Below, piece after piece: positions 10,141 through 19,127 of a stretch of 64,000 nucleotides of DNA. Numbering within the stretch: position 1 is the first letter of the stretch; each line of letters starts with the position of its first letter. Made by a program: the position numbers and the translations under genes. The notes under the pieces are model-generated. The model was not told where the DNA came from, ran no database searches, and saw only the letters and a list, made by a program, of their open reading frames with translations. The DNA is from Spirochaetales bacterium (GTDB lineage: Bacteria; Spirochaetota; Spirochaetia; DSM-2461), in NCBI GenBank assembly GCA_016936555.1, contig JAFGXR010000103.1, forward strand, positions 17,931 to 81,930, given 5' to 3'.

Positions 10141-10166
10141 AAAAACTGTCCCGAATCGGGACAGTT
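10141..10166 (-). terminator. Intrinsic terminator after the GntR/ABC operon
   Basis: Perfect 10-bp stem AACTGTCCCG-aat-CGGGACAGTT followed by a T-run on the minus strand. Confidence 0.8.
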
Positions 10167-10179
10167 CTGATAATTCCGC

Positions 10180-10905
10180 TCAAATGTGTTCCAGAGAACC
10201 GATTCCGGAAACCTCTACAGACTGTTCGGAAACAGTTCCACTGTAATCAACGCTAGCTGCTCCGCTAACCTGACCGGTTAACAATCCGCCGGACATGTTG
10301 AGCCGGATCTTCGCAGCACCGCTGATATCAAGATGGCAATTCTCAACGGAGACGCGATGAAAATCGGCGTTTGCCGCCCCGTTCACAGTGAGACTGAGAT
10401 TCCTGACGACAACATCCTCGGCCTCAATGTTGCTGGCTCCGGAATTATTGATCTCCAGAGAATCGAGATTAAACTCCTTCAATTCAATATTTCCCATACC
10501 GGCGAACTCGATTTTCCCGATTTCCGGCAATCCGATCCTCACCTTGACTGTATCGTTTTGATCGGATAATCCTCTGACATACCCTTCATAGGAAAGTCTG
10601 ACAACGGTTCCTTCTTTTGTGATGTCTACAATATCGAGCAAAGAACGATCGGCCTCGATTTCCATGTAATATCGATCGGAGCCGGTAATTTCGACATCCC
10701 ACATATTTTCAAAATAGAGGCTGTTATAGTCGGAAAAACTATACGTCCTTGTTTCGACAATCCCCGCCGCTTCGGGGAACCTGTCTGAATCCCGGTCCGA
10801 AACCAGAAAATGGTAGGCATGATACCTGAAAAAAAAGAGTGCTGATAGAAGGATGATAAAAATAAATAATGCTCCGCCGAAAAGTACGATACCGCTTTTT
10901 TTCAT
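10180..10905 (-). CDS. DUF2807 / head-GIN-like beta-solenoid exported protein
   Basis: N-terminal TM segment and repeating (S/N)GA(S/A)x(I/V) units (SGASNI, NGAANA, SGAAKI, SGAASV, SGIGSL). Confidence 0.8.
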   Translation of the reverse strand: MKKSGIVLFGGALFIFIILLSALFFFRYHAYHFLVSDRDSDRFPEAAGIVETRTYSFSDYNSLYFENMWDVEITGSDRYYMEIEADRSLLDIVDITKEGTVVRLSYEGYVRGLSDQNDTVKVRIGLPEIGKIEFAGMGNIELKEFNLDSLEINNSGASNIEAEDVVVRNLSLTVNGAANADFHRVSVENCHLDISGAAKIRLNMSGGLLTGQVSGAASVDYSGTVSEQSVEVSGIGSLEHI

Positions 10906-10906
10906 T

Positions 10907-11272
10907 TTAAACCTCCTTCAGGTAATTCTGGTAAAGATCACTGAGTTCCCGGGGTGAGACTCCCAGAAGTTTTCCTGTTTTGAATATTTCGGGAAGATCG
11001 ATTTTCACAAAATTATCTTTTTTTATTTTTCTGATTTTATCGGTTGAACCTTCAGAAATGAAATAACCGATCCCCCTCTGATTGTGCAGTACCTTTTCAC
11101 TCTGCAGATGATTATATGTTCTCATAACAGTATTCGGATTTACTTGCAGTTTCATTGACAACTCCCTGACAGAATATACTCTATCACCTTCCTTCCATTT
11201 CTCAGTTAAAATGTTTTCACTGATATAATCTGCGATTTGAAGATATATGGGCTGGTTCTTACTAAATTCCAT
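10907..11272 (-). CDS. GntR family regulator, YtrA subfamily
   Basis: PIYLQIAD...SVRELS...VNPNTVMRTY...RGIGYFI. Short (121 aa); ATG 11272. Confidence 0.92.
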   Translation of the reverse strand: MEFSKNQPIYLQIADYISENILTEKWKEGDRVYSVRELSMKLQVNPNTVMRTYNHLQSEKVLHNQRGIGYFISEGSTDKIRKIKKDNFVKIDLPEIFKTGKLLGVSPRELSDLYQNYLKEV

Positions 11273-12077
11273 CTCGTACCTCTTTTTCGGCAAGCTTGAA
11301 ATAAGCGAACACATAAAAGAACGGAGCCAGAATCCCCCAGAAAAACACCTTTGCGGCTACCACGAGAATTTTTCCTGTTCCGGTAATACTGGAGATGGTC
11401 GAACCTGTATATCTCATCAAATCGCCGTCGCTGAATTGAAAATTACTGATTGAATGAAAAAGATTTCCCAATATCAATCTGGCCAGAAGAGCGGAGAGAA
11501 TGGATAGAGCGATCTGGAATAACGTCAGACTGAGAAGAGTCTTGGCAAAGGGATGTTTTCTGAAAGTCGCGGCTCCGGCGAAAAAGATTGACTGGGTTAC
11601 AATATAATATGGGATGAGTTTCAGAATAGCTCTGTTGAAAGGATTAAACCAGGAATGCCTGATTCCGAAAAGCAGAAGGTTGAAGCTTTCTGACAGCAGA
11701 GCCAGCAGAGGATAGAGCAGTGTCAGCAGAATGGCATAGAATAGGGACGAGATGAGGAGCCTGGAAACCATCTTTTCTAAGGTAGATCCTGGCAGAGTCA
11801 ACCAGTAGATGTTCCTGACTTTATCGTGTACGTCCTTGAACATGGATGCAGACAGGATATATCCGCCGGGAAAGAGAAGTAGAATATAGAATACAAAATG
11901 AAATTGGCTTCCGTTCAGATCCGTTCCGTTGAGCTTGTATATGAGAATATTTAAAGCGCTGATGACTATCATGACGCCCGCCGCGGAACTGAGCCAGATT
12001 GCAAGGCTTTTATATTCTGATAGCAAATCTTTCCGGATTAGTTTAAATAAACGCGAAAGTGAGAAAATATTCGTCAT
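11262..12077 (-). CDS. ABC-2 type transporter permease
   Basis: About six hydrophobic segments, WLTLPGSTLEKM motif, adjacent to an ABC ATPase. Confidence 0.8.
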   Translation of the reverse strand: MTNIFSLSRLFKLIRKDLLSEYKSLAIWLSSAAGVMIVISALNILIYKLNGTDLNGSQFHFVFYILLLFPGGYILSASMFKDVHDKVRNIYWLTLPGSTLEKMVSRLLISSLFYAILLTLLYPLLALLSESFNLLLFGIRHSWFNPFNRAILKLIPYYIVTQSIFFAGAATFRKHPFAKTLLSLTLFQIALSILSALLARLILGNLFHSISNFQFSDGDLMRYTGSTISSITGTGKILVVAAKVFFWGILAPFFYVFAYFKLAEKEVRDGI

Positions 12078-12078
12078 A

Positions 12079-12918
12079 TCAAACCTCCCCGCCGATCAGA
12101 GTGCTGATTTTATGACCCGATTCGACAATTGTATTAAAAAGGATTTCCAAATCGATTTCCCCTTCCTCGCCCGTTTCGTTTTTCAAAACTGTAGTGAAAC
12201 CGTTCAACCCCTCTTCGCTGTAAAGGGCTTCAGGGTTTTCCTCTTTTTCGACAGTCACGACCAGGTTCCTGTTGATCACTTCCATCGGCTGGTTCAGGAG
12301 TATCCGTCCATCATCGAGAATGATGACTGGGTCAATAAGATTCTCCACATCTTTTACCTGATGGGTTGAAATTATAATAGTCCGGTTATCGCTCATTGCC
12401 ATCGACACAAGTTTGCGAAACTGCCTTTTCGAAGGGATATCCAGTCCGTTCGTCGGCTCGTCCAGCAAGAGAAGCGATGCGCCGGATGCCAGCCCGAAAG
12501 CCAGAAGATATTTCTTCTTCTGCCCCAGAGACAGTTTTGACAGCCTTTTATCCATAGCGGGATCGATATCGAACTCTTTAAGAAACTCGTGAAATCTCAC
12601 TTTGTCGAAACGGGGATAGAGCTCTCCGAACAGGACTTCATACTCCTCCGTCTTCAAAGGGGGAAGATAAAATTCTTCCGGCAGATAATAGAGATCTTCG
12701 AGAAAAGACGGTAGCCTCTTAAAGGAAGAGAGGCTTTTGACAGTACAGATTCCGCCGTCGGGGTATAACATTCCGGAAATTACTTTCAGTAAAGTTGATT
12801 TTCCAGCTCCGTTCTTTCCGAGAAGACCGTAAATATTCCCCTCTTTTATACTGAGCTTCAAATCACTGAATAAAACATTTTTCCCGTAACGGAAATTCAG
12901 ATTCTCGATATTAACCAT
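12079..12918 (-). CDS. ABC transporter ATP-binding protein
   Basis: GKNGAGKST, LSLGQ, LLLDEPT. Confidence 0.95.
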   Translation of the reverse strand: MVNIENLNFRYGKNVLFSDLKLSIKEGNIYGLLGKNGAGKSTLLKVISGMLYPDGGICTVKSLSSFKRLPSFLEDLYYLPEEFYLPPLKTEEYEVLFGELYPRFDKVRFHEFLKEFDIDPAMDKRLSKLSLGQKKKYLLAFGLASGASLLLLDEPTNGLDIPSKRQFRKLVSMAMSDNRTIIISTHQVKDVENLIDPVIILDDGRILLNQPMEVINRNLVVTVEKEENPEALYSEEGLNGFTTVLKNETGEEGEIDLEILFNTIVESGHKISTLIGGEV

Positions 12919-12931
12919 ACCAACTCCTTAC

Positions 12932-12957
12932 TAGTGTACTATATTGTTAATACACTA
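12932..12957. promoter_or_regulatory. YtrA-type GntR operator (inverted repeat)
   Basis: TAGTGTA-N12-TACACTA lying between the -10 box and the SD of the ABC ATPase gene; resembles the AGTGTA...TACACT YtrA site. Confidence 0.75.
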
Positions 12958-12959
12958 AT

Positions 12960-12988
12960 AACCTACAATATTTATCTTTCATTGTCAA
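12960..12988 (-). promoter_or_regulatory. Sigma70-type promoter of the ABC/GntR operon
   Basis: TTGACA (12988-12983), 17-nt spacer, TAGGTT (12965-12960). Confidence 0.6.
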
Positions 12989-12989
12989 T

Positions 12990-13030
12990 AAAAAAGGGGA
13001 AGCCATATAATCTAATCCTGCTTCCCCCTT
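12990..13030 (-). terminator. Intrinsic terminator after the clpC-TPR genes
   Basis: GGGGAAGC/GCTTCCCC stem with a 16-nt loop, followed by a T-run on the minus strand. Confidence 0.6.
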
Positions 13031-13047
13031 AAACAAATATGCGGCTT

Positions 13048-15372
13048 TTAGTTTTTATTCATATCATAGGACTGCTTCAATCCGATTGACAAAACATTAT
13101 CCGATATAAGAGGAGCCATGGCTCCGTAGGTATCTTCTATCCACTGGGAATCAGAGGTAATATACATCAGGTCTGTGATCAGCAAAGTCACAAGAAACGA
13201 TGCGGATTCATCGGGATATGCACCGAGTAGACTTCTGAATATGAGAACGGTGGAATTAATGTCAACTTTGGCAATCTGAGTCATGGCCGTAGAAATGAGA
13301 ACATCCCCGGTATTCCTTGTTCCCAGAGCCAGTAACTCTTTGCTGAAAGCATCGGTTCTGTTCAAAGCCAGTAGAGAAATCAGTTTGATCAGCCGGATTT
13401 CATTGGGATAAACGCCCAGGGATGTTACCATAAGATCGGAAAATTGCAATGTCCTTGTCCAGTCCTTCTGCAGAAAGATGGATAGCGCCGTCATTTTCAT
13501 AGCTTCACGCTTTCGATCTGAGGTAGAGGACAGTTTTTCGGACAGATCGGAAAATATCCGCTCAGAAGTTTTAAAATTAAGCATATAAAAATAACTGCGC
13601 CCCATTTTAAACAAAGCTTCGATAGAACCGTCACCAACTGACTCTTCCGCAGACCGGCGGAAAAACTCGGCTGCTTCGCTGTATTTTCGCGCCTCCAGGG
13701 CTAATTCGCCCTGCCTGAATAAAATCTCATCTTTTCTGGGGAAATCAATATCTTTCTCAAGAAGAATGGTAAAGGCGTAATCAGCCTGTTCCAGTCTTCC
13801 CATATCATAGAGAAGCAAAGCCTTATCGACAAGAATATCAGTTCTCTGATCTTCAGAATCAGCTTCTCTTAATGCCATATCCAATACCGACAGGGCATCA
13901 TCGCCTTCATTCTGACCTATGAGGATCTTTCCTTTCCTGTGGAGAGCTGAAGCCAGATAACCCGAATCGGGAAACTCGTCGATAATCCGGTCGTAAGCCG
14001 CCAAAGCTTCGCTTCCATTGCCCTGAGCCTCATCGAGCGAGCCTTTCACATAGAGGAAATAATCGAGATAAGCCGTATCTCTATTAATCTGACTGCCCAA
14101 AAACATCGCCAGTTTCAGCACATCACCTTTCCCCTGAAGATATTGTGTAATGGTCATCGATGCATCATCGGCGGCTTTGCTATCAGGGTATTGCTCAACA
14201 AGGCGGTAGAGATAGGAGACGGCTTCATCTTTTCTGCCGCTATCCATTAAAATCTGCCCCAGGTAATAGAGACTCATCCTGACTTTTTCATCATCAGGGC
14301 CTTTCAGAACTTCTTTCAGGAACGATTCGGCATCTTCTATTTCCGAATCATCAATACGCAGCATTGCCAGTTCAAAATAATAGTTCTGGATTTCATAGTC
14401 GTCGTCACTGAGAGTAATGATTTCTCTATAGACTCCGGCGGCTTTATCCATATTACCGGCACTCTTCCAGGTTTTTCCGAGAACACGTAACCCGTCGAGA
14501 TAATATCTACCATTGCGGTAATCGGAAAGAAGCAGCTCCAGATATTTAACCGCTTCATCATTCATTCCGAGACTCTGATAAATATCTCCGAGGCGGAAGA
14601 CGGCGGCTTCCCGGAATTTATTATTGCTGTTCATAAACAGATAAAACTGAAGTTTAGAGGCGGCGTCTTTCAATTCGCCCATATAATAAAGTGATTCACC
14701 TATATAAAACTGGGAATCTGAAACCAGATCGGTATCGATTGAATTATTGAGGATTTCGGCGAATTGTTCCCGGGCGGAGGAAAAATCACCTTTGTTGAAA
14801 AAGAGGATCCCCAGTTTAAGCCTTGTCTGGGAAATAATTTTCTCCTCTCCGCCTGAAATTATACTATTCCGATAGGCTTCCATCGCCAGTTCGGGCATGG
14901 ATGCTTTTTCATAGGATTCACCCAGATAGAGATAACTCCGGCTTACGAAGAAACTCTCACTGCGGAAAGCGGTCTGCGTCAGAAAATATTCCGCCGCTTT
15001 CTCATAATCCTTCAAGGCGTAATAACATAGTCCGAGCCAGTAGGAAACCCGGCTCCCGTAGGCCGAATCGGCATAGGAAGACTCGAAAAGATTGAAAGCA
15101 TTAATTGCCTCTATGTAATTTTTCATATAAAAATAGGAAACGGAAAGCATATAGTTAACACCGTCCGCCCGGGGATCATCGGGGTAATTATCGAGAAACT
15201 CCCTGAACAGAGTCTCGGCCCGACTGTAGGATTTCTCGGAAAATGCATCGCGTCCCTGAGAAAAGAGATCATCAACAGGCATCTGTGCGAAAAGAGGAGA
15301 AAGGATTCCCCCTGCAAGCGAGAATAAAACGAGTATGAGATTTTTACGATTTTTCTTTAACAGCAATTTCAT
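13048..15372 (-). CDS. Exported multi-TPR protein
   Basis: Signal peptide and many TPR units (YWLGLCYYA, FYIGESLYY, FRLGDIY). Overlaps the clpC 3' end. Confidence 0.85.
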   Translation of the reverse strand: MKLLLKKNRKNLILVLFSLAGGILSPLFAQMPVDDLFSQGRDAFSEKSYSRAETLFREFLDNYPDDPRADGVNYMLSVSYFYMKNYIEAINAFNLFESSYADSAYGSRVSYWLGLCYYALKDYEKAAEYFLTQTAFRSESFFVSRSYLYLGESYEKASMPELAMEAYRNSIISGGEEKIISQTRLKLGILFFNKGDFSSAREQFAEILNNSIDTDLVSDSQFYIGESLYYMGELKDAASKLQFYLFMNSNNKFREAAVFRLGDIYQSLGMNDEAVKYLELLLSDYRNGRYYLDGLRVLGKTWKSAGNMDKAAGVYREIITLSDDDYEIQNYYFELAMLRIDDSEIEDAESFLKEVLKGPDDEKVRMSLYYLGQILMDSGRKDEAVSYLYRLVEQYPDSKAADDASMTITQYLQGKGDVLKLAMFLGSQINRDTAYLDYFLYVKGSLDEAQGNGSEALAAYDRIIDEFPDSGYLASALHRKGKILIGQNEGDDALSVLDMALREADSEDQRTDILVDKALLLYDMGRLEQADYAFTILLEKDIDFPRKDEILFRQGELALEARKYSEAAEFFRRSAEESVGDGSIEALFKMGRSYFYMLNFKTSERIFSDLSEKLSSTSDRKREAMKMTALSIFLQKDWTRTLQFSDLMVTSLGVYPNEIRLIKLISLLALNRTDAFSKELLALGTRNTGDVLISTAMTQIAKVDINSTVLIFRSLLGAYPDESASFLVTLLITDLMYITSDSQWIEDTYGAMAPLISDNVLSIGLKQSYDMNKN

Positions 15373-17836
15373 TTATCTTCTTTTTTTCCCTGAATATAAT
15401 TCTGTCTTTCCGCATTTCTGCAGAAATTACAGCTCCGGCTCTAAACTTTCCTTTAAGGATCTCTACAGATAGAGGATCTTCAATTTCCTGCTGAATTGTT
15501 CTCCTTAATTGTCTGGCCCCATAAGAAATATCATAACCGATATCAATAATATGCTCTTTAACTTTTCTCGAAATCTCCAAAACCAGATTTTGAGAAGCTA
15601 TTCTGGATTTTAATTCTTTAATAAGAATTTCAAGTATTCTACTGATATTATCACCCTCCAAACTGTGAAAAACAACTATTTCATCAATTCGGTTGAGAAA
15701 CTCCGGCCTGAAAAGCCGTTTGAGCTCATTCATAGCGGAAGACCGTATTTCATGATAAGCCATCACCCCGGGTTCTGCCTGAAAACCAAGCCCTCCTCCT
15801 TTAATAATATCGCGGGCTCCGGCGTTGGATGTCATGATGACAACGGTGTTGCGGAAAGAGACTTTGTGACCGAAGCTGTCCTGCAGCTCCCCTTCCTCCA
15901 GTACCTGCAGCAGAAGATTGAAAACATCGACATGAGCTTTTTCGATTTCATCGAGGAGCACGACGCTGTAGGGCTTTCTTCTTATCTTTTCTGTCAGAAG
16001 CCCCCCCTCCTCGTAACCGACATATCCGGGAGGAGCTCCGACAAGCCGGGAGACATTGTGCTTTTCCATGTAATCGGACATATCGATGCGGATCAGGGCA
16101 TTTTCATTACCGAAGAGGAACTCCGCCAGAGTTTTAGCCAGCAGGGTTTTTCCGACACCGGTCGGTCCAAGAAAAATAAACGATCCCAGAGGCCGTTTCG
16201 GAGAGCTGAGTCCCGTCCTTGAGCGCCGGATAGCTGCTGCGACAGCGTTGATTGCCGGCTCCTGTCCGATAACAGTTTTATGAAGTTCCTCTTCTATCTT
16301 CAGAAGCTTTTGCGATTCATTCTGCACGATTCGCGAGAGAGGTATACCGGTCACTTCGGATATGATATCCTGTATATCCAGTACATCGACGGTTGAGACC
16401 TCATCTTTCAGGGAGTTCTTCCATTCGATTTTAAGATCTTCTATTTCCTTCTTCAGGGATCTGACATCATCCCTGACCGCTGCGGCTTTCTCGTAATCCT
16501 GATTATTGACAAAAGAGTTTTTCATTTCCGTCAGATCAGTCACCCTTTTTTCCAGTTTCTGAAGCTCCGTGGGCTGCACCGAGTTTTTTATCCTCTTGCT
16601 CGATCCGGCCTCATCCATAAGATCTATCGCCTTATCGGGGAGACAGCGATCCGAAATATACCGGCTGGACAGTTTTGCCGCCGCTTCCAGAGCTTCATCG
16701 GTAAAGGACACTTCATGATGTTTTTCATAGCGTTCCTTGATTCCTTTGAGGATATCGAGAGTTTCTTCAATGGAAGGCTCTTCAATTATAACATGCTGAA
16801 AACGGCGTTCCAGAGCCGCATCTTTTTCAATATATTTTTTATACTCGTTCATGGTCGTGGCGCCGATGCACTGGAGCTCCCCTCTCGAAAGAGCCGGTTT
16901 GAGCATATTCGATGCGTCAATTGCGCCTTCAGCTCCTCCCGCACCGATGATTGTGTGGAGCTCATCTATAAATAGAATGATATTTCCGGCTTTTTCAATT
17001 TCCTTGAGCACTTTTTTCAACCGTTCTTCAAACTCTCCGCGGTACTTCGTCCCGGCGACCAGGGAAGCCAGATCGAGAGAGACAAGCCTTTTCCCTTTAA
17101 AGAAAGAGGGCGCCGTTCCGTCGACGATCTGCCTGGCAAGACCTTCGATCACGGCTGTTTTTCCCACACCGGGTTCACCGATGAGAACGGGGTTGTTTTT
17201 GGTTCTTCTGGCGAGGATTCTCAGAACGCGTCCGATTTCTTTTTCCCTGCCGATAACCGGATCAAGAAGATCCTGGGTAACAGCTTTGGTCAGATCCCGG
17301 GAAAATTCGTCAAGCAGAGATGTGCCGCCCTGCTCCTTCGTTATTCCAAGTCGCTTCCGTATCGCCGCCCGGTCACTCCCGTTGTCGGAAATCCTCTTTC
17401 CTCCGCTCAAGTCGAAAATAATGCCCCTGAAAACTTCCAGATTAACCTTATAAAGCGAGAGAAATTTCTGGGATACGCTGCCCGGTTCTCCGACAGCAGC
17501 CAGTAAAAAGTGCTCAGTTCCGATATAATCATGATTCAGATTCCGGGCTTCATTGGCAGAATTTTCCAGAATCAGTTTGGCTCTGTGTGAAGGTGGAACA
17601 TCTCCGAGATTGAAACTCCTTTTCCGTACGGGGATGTTTTTTTCCAGCTCCTTCAGCATTTCCACGGTATTCACGCCCAGCCTCTGAAGGGCGACGTAAC
17701 CGATCCCGTCTTTCTCCTTGAGTATGGCGATTATAATGTGCTCCGGCAGAAGCTGATCGGAATGAAACCGCTTCGCTTCCTCCTGGGCGGATATTGTAAG
17801 TATTCTCTGAGCTCTCTGTGTTAGTCCTTTAAACAT
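15344..17836 (-). CDS. clpC: ATP-dependent Clp protease ATP-binding subunit ClpC
   Basis: Clp-N repeats, GEPGVGKT, UVR-like middle domain, GPTGVGKT, RIDMSDYMEKH. Confidence 0.96.
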   Translation of the reverse strand: MFKGLTQRAQRILTISAQEEAKRFHSDQLLPEHIIIAILKEKDGIGYVALQRLGVNTVEMLKELEKNIPVRKRSFNLGDVPPSHRAKLILENSANEARNLNHDYIGTEHFLLAAVGEPGSVSQKFLSLYKVNLEVFRGIIFDLSGGKRISDNGSDRAAIRKRLGITKEQGGTSLLDEFSRDLTKAVTQDLLDPVIGREKEIGRVLRILARRTKNNPVLIGEPGVGKTAVIEGLARQIVDGTAPSFFKGKRLVSLDLASLVAGTKYRGEFEERLKKVLKEIEKAGNIILFIDELHTIIGAGGAEGAIDASNMLKPALSRGELQCIGATTMNEYKKYIEKDAALERRFQHVIIEEPSIEETLDILKGIKERYEKHHEVSFTDEALEAAAKLSSRYISDRCLPDKAIDLMDEAGSSKRIKNSVQPTELQKLEKRVTDLTEMKNSFVNNQDYEKAAAVRDDVRSLKKEIEDLKIEWKNSLKDEVSTVDVLDIQDIISEVTGIPLSRIVQNESQKLLKIEEELHKTVIGQEPAINAVAAAIRRSRTGLSSPKRPLGSFIFLGPTGVGKTLLAKTLAEFLFGNENALIRIDMSDYMEKHNVSRLVGAPPGYVGYEEGGLLTEKIRRKPYSVVLLDEIEKAHVDVFNLLLQVLEEGELQDSFGHKVSFRNTVVIMTSNAGARDIIKGGGLGFQAEPGVMAYHEIRSSAMNELKRLFRPEFLNRIDEIVVFHSLEGDNISRILEILIKELKSRIASQNLVLEISRKVKEHIIDIGYDISYGARQLRRTIQQEIEDPLSVEILKGKFRAGAVISAEMRKDRIIFREKKKINEIAVKEKS

Positions 17837-17847
17837 ATCTGCTCCTG

Positions 17848-18861
17848 TTACGAGTTGAAATTCAGTCCTTTTCTGATCATTTCTGCTCTCAGTCTCATAA
17901 TATCATTTTCATCCGGATTGCTCTCATATGCAAATGAACGGAGAAAACCGTTTCCTATCGACCGGAAAACTTCAGGAAAATCCTCAAGAGTAAGGTCTTC
18001 GATCCACTTTACGGCGACTCCCAAACGGACCATGGAGAGAGCCGATAAAGCTTCCTGCTCCGAAATCTGCCTGCAGTACCGCAACAAACCGTAGGAGCGG
18101 AAAACACGATCCTCAAGGTAGGGATACCGGCCATCAATCAAATCGGCCCTGGCTTCTCTTTCGTATCTCAGAAAAAGACCGGCTGCTTTTTTAAGCTCTT
18201 CGGCTTCACTTCCTCCGAATATGGAACCGCTCCTGATCGAGATAATATAAAATCCGCCGAGTGATTGGGGTCCGCCTCCTGAGAACCCGGTTACTTCCAG
18301 ATTTGTTTCAATTGTATTGATAATGAGATGATCCATGAGATCGGAAGCACTGAGTACGGGCAGATGGAGAAAAACCGAAGCTTTTGCGGCAGTGCCGCTA
18401 TCGGAGAGATTGGCGGTCAGATAACCGTTTTCAAAATCCCTGGCAAAACTGAAATGAGCGGAGAGAGCCTCTTCCAGTTCGAAAGTCCGCACCATTACCT
18501 CATCGACAGCCAATCCTTCAGAAAATGATGAAATCCGGAGATGATCCAGATCCCCGGTGACGATAGATGTCTGCCTCGGCTCATCGATTGCGACGAGTCC
18601 CGATCCCTTTCTGTAAAACCGTTCACTTATGAATTTTCTCTCTTTCAGAACAATTCGATCCAGCTCATCAAGTTCATCAATGTTATAAACGGAAAAATCC
18701 CGGAAAACCGGATTCGAAAGGATTTCATGTGAAAGAGTGCTCTTGAGGTTTTCTATTTCCTGCTCAGTCATGGTAGAGATAAATTTCATCCCTTCCAGAT
18801 TGCGTACCAGTCTGAAACGGGAAGACAACACAATATCGATGTCAGCTTCGGACCGGTTCAT
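17848..18861 (-). CDS. mcsB: McsB-like ATP:guanido phosphotransferase (protein arginine kinase family), apparently degenerate
   Basis: IVLSSRFRLVRN, GYLT, ASVFLHLP, LEDRVFRSYGLL, LSMVRLG. Directly upstream of clpC. Confidence 0.88.
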   Translation of the reverse strand: MNRSEADIDIVLSSRFRLVRNLEGMKFISTMTEQEIENLKSTLSHEILSNPVFRDFSVYNIDELDELDRIVLKERKFISERFYRKGSGLVAIDEPRQTSIVTGDLDHLRISSFSEGLAVDEVMVRTFELEEALSAHFSFARDFENGYLTANLSDSGTAAKASVFLHLPVLSASDLMDHLIINTIETNLEVTGFSGGGPQSLGGFYIISIRSGSIFGGSEAEELKKAAGLFLRYEREARADLIDGRYPYLEDRVFRSYGLLRYCRQISEQEALSALSMVRLGVAVKWIEDLTLEDFPEVFRSIGNGFLRSFAYESNPDENDIMRLRAEMIRKGLNFNS

Positions 18862-19045
18862 TCAACTCCCTGTATTGCATTTTGAAAGATCTGATTTCCT
18901 CTCTAAAGAAACTGTAACATTCAGGACATCCCGCTCTCCCTTCTGCCAGAATCGTGTTGACAGAGGTAAAACAGGAAGGGCAGAATTTCTCTTCCCTTCC
19001 GGAATTGAAGAGATCTGCGCGTTCTTTAAAAAAGTCAATATTCAC
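18842..19045 (-). CDS. mcsA: Mini McsA-like zinc-finger protein (67 aa)
   Basis: CPSC...GRAGCPECYSFF matches the second McsA zinc finger. GTG start; overlaps the mcsB start. Confidence 0.65.
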   Translation of the reverse strand: MNIDFFKERADLFNSGREEKFCPSCFTSVNTILAEGRAGCPECYSFFREEIRSFKMQYRELNEPVRS

Positions 19046-19127
19046 CGAATAAGGGTCCTTTTCCCTTTTTCAATATAAGTGACTTTCCCACAGCTTGAAA
19101 GCAATAAAAAATGAGAGGCTTTTTTTT

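Noticed and set aside
19046-19127. CtsR or HrcA (CIRCE) operator upstream of mcsA-mcsB-clpC
   Set aside because: No CIRCE inverted repeat or CtsR heptad repeats were found.
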